Assembly (NCBI GenBank): GCA_964016885.1
Contig: OZ024743.1
Location: forward strand, 69,378,001-69,442,000
Direction: 5' to 3'
Origin: Eledone cirrhosa
Taxonomy: Eukaryota
Length of the DNA stretch: 64,000 bases
Positions 56,701-64,000 of this stretch are shown here, piece by piece (the first letter of the stretch is position 1; each line of letters begins with the position of its first letter). The position numbers and the translations under genes are program-made. The notes beneath the pieces were generated by a model that made no database searches, had not been told where the DNA came from, and saw only the letters and a list, made by a program, of their open reading frames with translations.

Positions 56701-59700
56701 GAGTTGGTGTAGTGTGATATATATAGTAATTAGAGGGGTGGTGTGGTATATATAGTAATTAGAGAGCTGGTGTAGTGTGGTATATATAGTAACTTGAGAG
56801 GTGGTGTAGTGTGGTATATATATAGTAACTAGAGAGGTGGTATAGTGTGGTATATATAGTAACTAGAGAGGTGGTGTAGTGTGGTATATATAGTAACTAG
56901 AGTCAGGTGAGGTAGTGAGGTATATATAGTAACAAGAGAGGTTATGTAGTGTGGTATATATAGTAACAAGAAAGGTGGTGTAGTGTAGTAAATATAGTAA
57001 CTAGAGAGGTTGTGTAGTGTGGTATATATAGTAATTAGTGAGGTTGTGTAGTGTAGTATATATAGTAACTAGAGAGATGTGGTGTAGTGTGGTTTATATA
57101 GTAACTAGAGAGAGAGGTGGTGTAGTGTTGTATATATAGTAACTAGAGGTGTGTGGTAGTATGGTATATATAGTAACTACAGAGGTGGTGTAGTGTGATA
57201 TATATAGTAACAAGAGAGGTGGTGTAGTATGGTATATATAGTAACTAGAGAGAGATGGTGTAGTATGGTATATATAGTAACTAGACAGGTGGTGTAGTGT
57301 GGTATATATAGTAACTAGAGAGGTGGTGTAGTATGGTATATATAGTAACTAGAGAGGTGGTGTAGTGTGGTATATATAGTAACTAGTGAGGTGGTGTAGT
57401 TTGGTATATATAGTAACTAGAAAGGTGGTGTAGTGTGGTTTATATAGTAACTAGAGAGGTGGTGTAACGTGGTATATATAGTAATTAGAGAGGTGGTGTA
57501 ATGTGGTATATATATTAACTAGAGTGGTGGTGTAGTATGGTATATATAGTAACTAGAGAGGTGGTGTAGTGTGGTATATGTAATAACTAGAGAGATGTGT
57601 AGTGTGGTTTATATAGTAACTAGAGACAGGGGTGGTTTTGTGTGGTATATATAGTAACTAGAGAGGTGGTGTAGTATGGTATGTATAGTAACTAGAGAGG
57701 TGGTGTGGTGTGGTATATATAGTGACTAGAGAGGTGGTGTAGTGTGGTATATATAGTAACTAGAGAGGTGGTGTAGTGTGGTATATATAGTAACTAGAGG
57801 GGTGTTGTAGTGTGGTATATATAGTAACTAGAGAGGTGGTGTGGTGTGGTATATATAGTAACTAGAGAGGTGGTGTAGTTTAGTATATATAGTAACTAGA
57901 GAGGTGGTGTAGTGTGGTATATATAGTAACTAGAGACAGGTGAGGTAGTGAGGTATATATAGTAACAAGAGAGGTGGTGTAGTGTGGTATATATATTAAC
58001 AAGAGAGGTGGTGTAGTTTAGTAAATATAGTAACTAGAGAGGTGGTGTAGTGTGTATATATAGTAATTAGAGAGGTGGTGTAGTGTGGTATATATAGTAA
58101 CTAGAGAGAGGTGGTGTAGTGTGGTATATATAGTAACTAGAGAGTTGGTGTAGTGTGGTATATATAGGAACTTGAGAGGTGGTGTAGTGTGGTATATATA
58201 TAGTAACTAGAGAGGTTGTGTAGTGTAGAGTATATAGTAACTAGAGAGGTGGTGTAGTGTAGTATATATAGTAACTAGAATGGTGGTGTAGTGTAGAGTA
58301 TATAGTAACTAGAGAGGTGGTGCAGTGTTGTATATATAGTAACTAGAGAGGTGGTGTAGTGTAGTATATATAGTAACTAGAGAGGTTGTGTAGTGTAGAG
58401 TATATAGTAACTAGAGAGGTGGTGTAGTGTGGTATATATAGTAAATAGAGAGGTGGTGTAGTATGGTATATATATTAACTAGAGGGCTGGTGTAGTGTGG
58501 TATATATAATAACTAGAGAGATGTGGTGTAGTGTGGTTTATATAGTAACTAGAGAGAGAGAGAGGTGGTGTAGTGTGGTATATATAGTAACTAGAGAGGT
58601 GGTGTAGTATGGTATATATATTAACTAGAGAGTTGGTGTGGTATATATAATAACTAGAGAAAGGTGGTGTAGTGTGGTATATATAGTAACTAGAGAGAGA
58701 AGTGGTGTAGTGTGGTATATATAGTAACTAGAGAGTTGGTGTAGTGTGATATATATAGTAATTAGAGGGATGGTGTGGTGTGGTATATATTGTAATTAGA
58801 GAGCTGGTGTAGTGTGGTATATATAGTAACTTGAGAGGTGGTGTAGTGTGGTATATATATAGTAACTAGAGAGGTGGTGTAGTGTGGTATATATAGTAAC
58901 TAGAGAGGTGGTGTAGTGTGGTATATATAGTAACTAGAGACAGGTGAGGTAGTGAGGTATATATAGTAACAAGAGAGGTTATGTAGTGTGGTATATATAG
59001 TAACAAGAAAGGTGGTGTAGTGTAGTAAATATAGTAACTAGAGAGGTTGTGTAGTGTGGTATATATAGTAATTAGTGAGGTTGTGTAGTGTAGTATATAT
59101 AGTAACTAGAGAGATGTGGTGTAGTGTGGTTTATATAGTAACTAGAGAGAGAGGTGGTGTAGTGTTGTATATATAGTAACTAGAGGTGTGTGGTAGTATG
59201 GTATATATAGTAACTAGAGAGGTGGTGTAGTGTGATATATATAGTAACAAGAGAGGTGGTGTAGTATGGTATATATAGTAACTAGAGAGAGATGGTGTAG
59301 TATGGTATATATAGTAACTAGACAGGTGGTGTAGTGTGGTATATATAGTAACTAGAGAGGTGGTGTAGTATGGTATATATAGTAACTAGAGAGGTGGTGT
59401 AGTGTGGTATATATAGTAACTAGTGAGGTGGTGTAGTTTGGTATATATAGTAACTAGAAAGGTGGTGTAACGTGGTATATATAGTAATTAGAAAGGTGGT
59501 GTAATGTGGTATATATATTAACTAGAGTGGTGGTGTAGTATGGTATATATAGTAACTAGAAAGGTGGTGTAGTGTGGTTTATATAGTAACTAGAGAGGTG
59601 GTGTAACGTGGTATATATAGTAATTAGAGAGGTGGTGTAATGTGGTATATATATTAACTAGAGTGGTGGTGTAGTATGGTATATATAGTAACTAGAGAGG

Positions 59701-60759
59701 TGGTGTAGTGTGGTATATATAATAACTAGAGAGATGTGTAGTGTGGTTTATATAGTAACTAGAGACAGGGGTGGTTTTGTGTGGTATATATAGTAACTAG
59801 AGAGGTGGTGTAGTATGGTATGTATAGTAACTAGAGAGGTGGTGTGGTGTGGTATATATAGTGACTAGAGAGGTGGTGTAGTGTGGTATATATAGTAACT
59901 AGAGAGGTGGTGTAGTGTGGTATATATAGTAACTAGAGGGGTGTTGTAGTGTGGTATATATAGTAACTAGAGAGGTGGTGTGGTGTGGTATATATAGTAA
60001 CTAGAGAGGTGGTGTAGTTTAGTATATATAGCAACTAGAGAGGTGGTGTAGTGTGGTATATATAGTAACTAGAGACAGGTGAGGTAGTGAGGTATATATA
60101 GTAACAAGAGAGGTGGTGTAGTGTGGTATATATATTAACAAGAGAGGTGGTGTAGTTTAGTAAATATAGTAACTAGAGAGGTGGTGTAGTGTGTATATAT
60201 AGTAATTAGAGAGGTGGTGTAGTGTGGTATATATAGTAACTAGAGAGAGGTGGTGTAGTGTGGTATATATAGTAACTAGAGAGTTGGTGTAGTGTGGTAT
60301 ATATAGGAACTTGAGAGGTGGTGTAGTGTGGTATATATATAGTAACTAGAGAGGTTGTGTAGTGTAGAGTATATAGTAACTAGAGAGGTGGTGTAGTGTA
60401 GTATATATAGTAACTAGAATGGTGGTGTAGTGTAGAGTATATAGTAACTAGAGAGGTGGTGCAGTGTTGTATATATAGTAACTAGAGAGGTGGTGTAGTG
60501 TAGTATATATAGTAACTAGAGAGGTTGTGTAGTGTAGAGTATATAGTAACTAGAGAGGTGGTGTAGTGTGGTATATATAGTAAATAGAGAGGTGGTGTAG
60601 TATGGTATATATATTAACTAGAGGGCTGGTGTAGTGTGGTATATATAATAACTAGAGAGATGTGGTGTAGTGTGGTTTATATAGTAACTAGAGAGAGAGA
60701 GAGGTGGTGTAGTGTGGTATATATAGTAACTAGAGAGGTGGTGTAGTATGGTATATATA
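41681..60759 (+). repeat. Copy B of the ~19.07-kb tandem duplication (one monomer shorter; includes the 43-bp terminal homology)
   Basis: Variant order matches copy A. The offset is 19070 up to about 51840 and 19036 afterwards (GGTCTATA at 32871 vs 51907). The match ends at 41724 C vs 60760 T. Confidence 0.95.
52636..55077 (+). repeat. The same 1,213-bp tandem duplication, nested in copy B
   Basis: This is the 33600-36041 block shifted by 19036. The CTACAGAGG and CTAGTCAGG markers each appear twice in this interval. Confidence 0.9.
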
Positions 60760-62200
60760 TTAACTAGAGAGTTGGTGTGGTATATATAATAACTAGAGAA
60801 AGGTGGTGTAGTGTGGTATATATAGTAACTAGAGAGAGAAGTGGTGTAGTGTGGTATATATAGTAACTAGAGAGTTGGTGTAGTGTGATATATATAGTAA
60901 TTAGAGGGATGGTGTGGTGTGGTATATATTGTAATTAGAGAGCTGGTGTAGTGTGGTATATATAGTAACTTGAGAGGTGGTGTAGTGTGGTATATATATA
61001 GTAACTAGAGAGGTGGTGTAGTGTGGTATATATAGTAACTAGAGAGGTGGTGTAGTGTGGTATATATAGTAACTAGAGACAGGTGAGGTAGTGAGGTATA
61101 TATAGTAACAAGAGAGGTTATGTAGTGTGGTATATATAGTAACAAGAAAGGTGGTGTAGTGTAGTAAATATAGTAACTAGAGAGGTTGTGTAGTGTGGTA
61201 TATATAGTAATTAGTGAGGTTGTGTAGTGTAGTATATATAGTAACTAGAGAGATGTGGTGTAGTGTGGTTTATATAGTAACTAGAGAGAGAGGTGGTGTA
61301 GTGTTGTATATATAGTAACTAGAGGTGTGTGGTAGTATGGTATATATAGTAACTAGAGAGGTGGTGTAGTGTGATATATATAGTAACAAGAGAGGTGGTG
61401 TAGTATGGTATATATAGTAACTAGAGAGAGATGGTGTAGTATGGTATATATAGTAACTAGACAGGTGGTGTAGTGTGGTATATATAGTAACTAGAGAGGT
61501 GGTGTAGTATGGTATATATAGTAACTAGAGAGGTGGTGTAGTGTGGTATATATAGTAACTAGTGAGGTGGTGTAGTTTGGTATATATAGTAACTAGAAAG
61601 GTGGTGTAACGTGGTATATATAGTAATTAGAAAGGTGGTGTAATGTGGTATATATATTAACTAGAGTGGTGGTGTAGTATGGTATATATAGTAACTAGAG
61701 AGGTGGTGTAGTGTGGTTTATATAGTAACTAGTGACAGGGGTGGTTTTGTGTGGTATATATAGTAACTAGAGAGGTGGTGTAGTATGGTATGTATAGTAA
61801 CTAGAGAGGTGGTGTAACGTGGTATATATAGTAACTAGAGGGGTGTTGTAGTGTGGTATATATAGTAACTAGAGATGTGTTGTAGTATGGTATATATAGT
61901 AACTAGAGAGGTGGTGTGGTGTGGTATATATAGTAACTAGAGAGGTGGTGTAGTTTAGTATATATAGTAACTAGAGAGGTGGTGTAGTGTGGTATATATA
62001 GTAACTAGAGACAGGTGAGGTAGTGAGGTATATATAGTAACAAGAGAGGTGGTGTAGTGTGGTATATTTATTAACAAGAGAGGTGGTGTAGTTTAGTAAA
62101 TATAGTAACTAGAGAGGTGATGTAGTGTGTATATATAGTAATTAGAGAGGTGGTGTAATGTGGTATATATAGTAACTAGAGAGAGGTGGTGTAGTGTGGT
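56217..62200 (+). repeat. ~2.0-2.1-kb higher-order repeat: three units, the third degenerating near 61.7-62.2 kb
   Basis: AGAATGGTGG is at 56283, 58277 and 60416 (spacings 1994 and 2139). The third unit continues past the end of the 19-kb duplication. Confidence 0.87.
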
Positions 62201-64000
62201 ATATATAGTAACTAGTGTGGTGGTGTAGTGTGGTATATATAGTAATTAGAGAGGTGGTGTAATGTGGTATATATATTAACTAGAGAGAGGTGGTGTAGTG
62301 TGGTATATATAGTAACTAGAGAGGTGGTTTAGTGTGGTATATATAGTAACTCTTGAGGTGGTGTAGTGTGGTATATATATAGTAACTAAAGAGGTGGTGT
62401 AGTGTGGTATATATTGTAACTAGAGAGAGGTGTGATAGTGTGGTATATATAGTAACTAGAGAGGTGGTCTAGTGTGGTATATATAGTAATTAGAGAGAGA
62501 GGTGGTGTAGTGTGGTATATATGGTAACTAGAGAGTTGGTGTAGTGTGATATATATAGTAATTAGAGGGGTGGTGTGGTGTGGTATATATAGTAATTAGA
62601 GAGCTGGTGTAGTGTGGTATATATATAGTAACTAGAGAGGTGGTGTAGTGTGGTATATATAGTAACTAGAGAGGTGGTGTAGTGTGGTATATATAGTAAC
62701 TAGAGACAGGTGAGGTAGTGAGGTATATATAGTAACAAGAGAGGTTATGTAGTGTGGTATATATAGTAACAAGAAAGGTGGTGTAGTGTAGTAAATATAG
62801 TAACTAGAGAGGTTGTGTAGTGTGGTATATATAGTAATTAGTGAGGTTGTGTAGTGTAGTATATATAGTAACTAGAGAGATGTGGTGTAGTGTGGTTTAT
62901 ATAGTAACTAGAGAGGTGGTGTAGTGTAGCAAATATAGTAACTAGAGAGGTGGTGTAGTGTAGCAAATATAGTAACTAGAGAGGTGGTGTAGTGTAGTAT
63001 ATATAGTAACTAGAGATGTGGTGTAGTTTTGTATATATAGTAACTAGACAGGTGGTGTAGTGTGGTTTATATAGTAATTAGGGAGGTGGTGTAACGTGGT
63101 ATATATATTAATTAGAATGGTGGCCTAATATGGTATATATTGTCACTAGAGAGGCGGTGTAGTATGGTATATATAGTAACTAGAGAGGTGGTGTAGTGTG
63201 GTATATATAATAACTAGAGAGATGTGGTGTAGTGTGGTTTATATAGTAACTAGAGAGAGAGGTGGTGTAGTGTGGTATATATAGTAATTAGAGAGGTGGT
63301 GTAGTGTGGTATATATAGTAACTAGAGAGGTGGTGTTGTGTGGTATATATAGTAACTAGGGACGTTGTGTAGTTTGGTATATATAGTAACTAGACAGGTG
63401 GTGTAGTGTGGTTTATATAGCACCTAGAGAGGTAGTGTAACGTGGTATATATAGTTAATTAGAGAGGTGGTGTAATGTGGTATATATAGTAACTAGAGAG
63501 GTGGGGTAGTATGGTATATATAGTAACTAGAGAGGTGGTGTAGTGTGGTATATATAGTAACTCGAGAGGTGATGTAGTGTGGTATATATAGTAACTAGAG
63601 AGAGGTGGTATAGTGTGGTATATATGGTAACTAGAGAGGCGGTGTAGTGTGGCATATATAGTAACTAGAGAGGTGGTGTAGTATGGTATATATAGTAACT
63701 AGAGAGGTGGTGTAGTGTGGTAAATATATTAACTAGGGAGGTGTTGTAGTGTGGTATATATAGTAACTAGAGAAAGGTGGTGTAGTGTGGTATATATAGT
63801 AACTAGAGAGAGAAGTGGTGTAGTGTGGTATATATTGTAACTGGATAGGTGGTGTAAAGTGGTATATATAGTAACTTGAGAGGTGGTGTAGTGTGGTATA
63901 TATATAGTAACTAGAGAGGTGGTGTAGTGTGGTATATATAGTAACTAGAGAGGTGGTATAGTGTGGTATATATAGTAACTAGAGAGGTGGTGTAGTGTAG

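Larger units (their letters stand above)
1..64000 (+). repeat. 34-bp tandem satellite array, consensus GTAACTAGAGAGGTGGTGTAGTGTGGTATATATA, running to both window edges
   Basis: TAACT recurs at 11, 45 and 79 (34-bp period), and the same monomer continues in one orientation to 64000. Monomers differ by point substitutions, (GA)n/(TA)n length changes and 5-bp deletions. Confidence 0.99.

Noticed and set aside
1-64000. CRISPR array (the 34-bp unit is CRISPR-repeat sized)
   Set aside because: Monomers abut directly with no unique spacers, and there is no leader or cas gene.
1-64000. TATA-box promoters (TATATATA in nearly every monomer)
   Set aside because: The motif is simply part of the repeat unit, and no downstream transcription unit is visible.
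1-64000. Canonical G-quadruplex array
   Set aside because: The consensus has only three GG doublets and no GGG runs. Longer G runs occur only in scattered variants, so at most weak two-tier structures are possible.
1-64000. Transposon insertions or inversions interrupting the array
   Set aside because: I saw no non-satellite segment and no C-rich (reverse-orientation) stretch anywhere in the window.

Overview
The whole 64-kb window is one uninterrupted, head-to-tail tandem array of a 34-bp monomer, consensus GTAACTAGAGAGGTGGTGTAGTGTGGTATATATA (12 G, 11 T, 10 A, 1 C; about 1,850-1,880 copies estimated from length). It is typical of eukaryotic satellite or minisatellite DNA, and the organism cannot be identified from the sequence. 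I see no credible gene, RNA gene, transposon insertion, inversion or CRISPR array, and the six listed ORFs are chance read-throughs of the repeat. The information lies in the order of variant monomers. These reveal a nested set of duplications: single monomers, 237 bp, 1,213 bp, 1,882 bp, about 2.0-2.1 kb, dispersed 1-5 kb blocks, and a near-identical 19.07-kb tandem duplication whose junction maps to 41681-41723. Offsets were read by eye from rare marker variants, so block edges are approximate unless stated otherwise. I found no evidence of a new protein-coding system.
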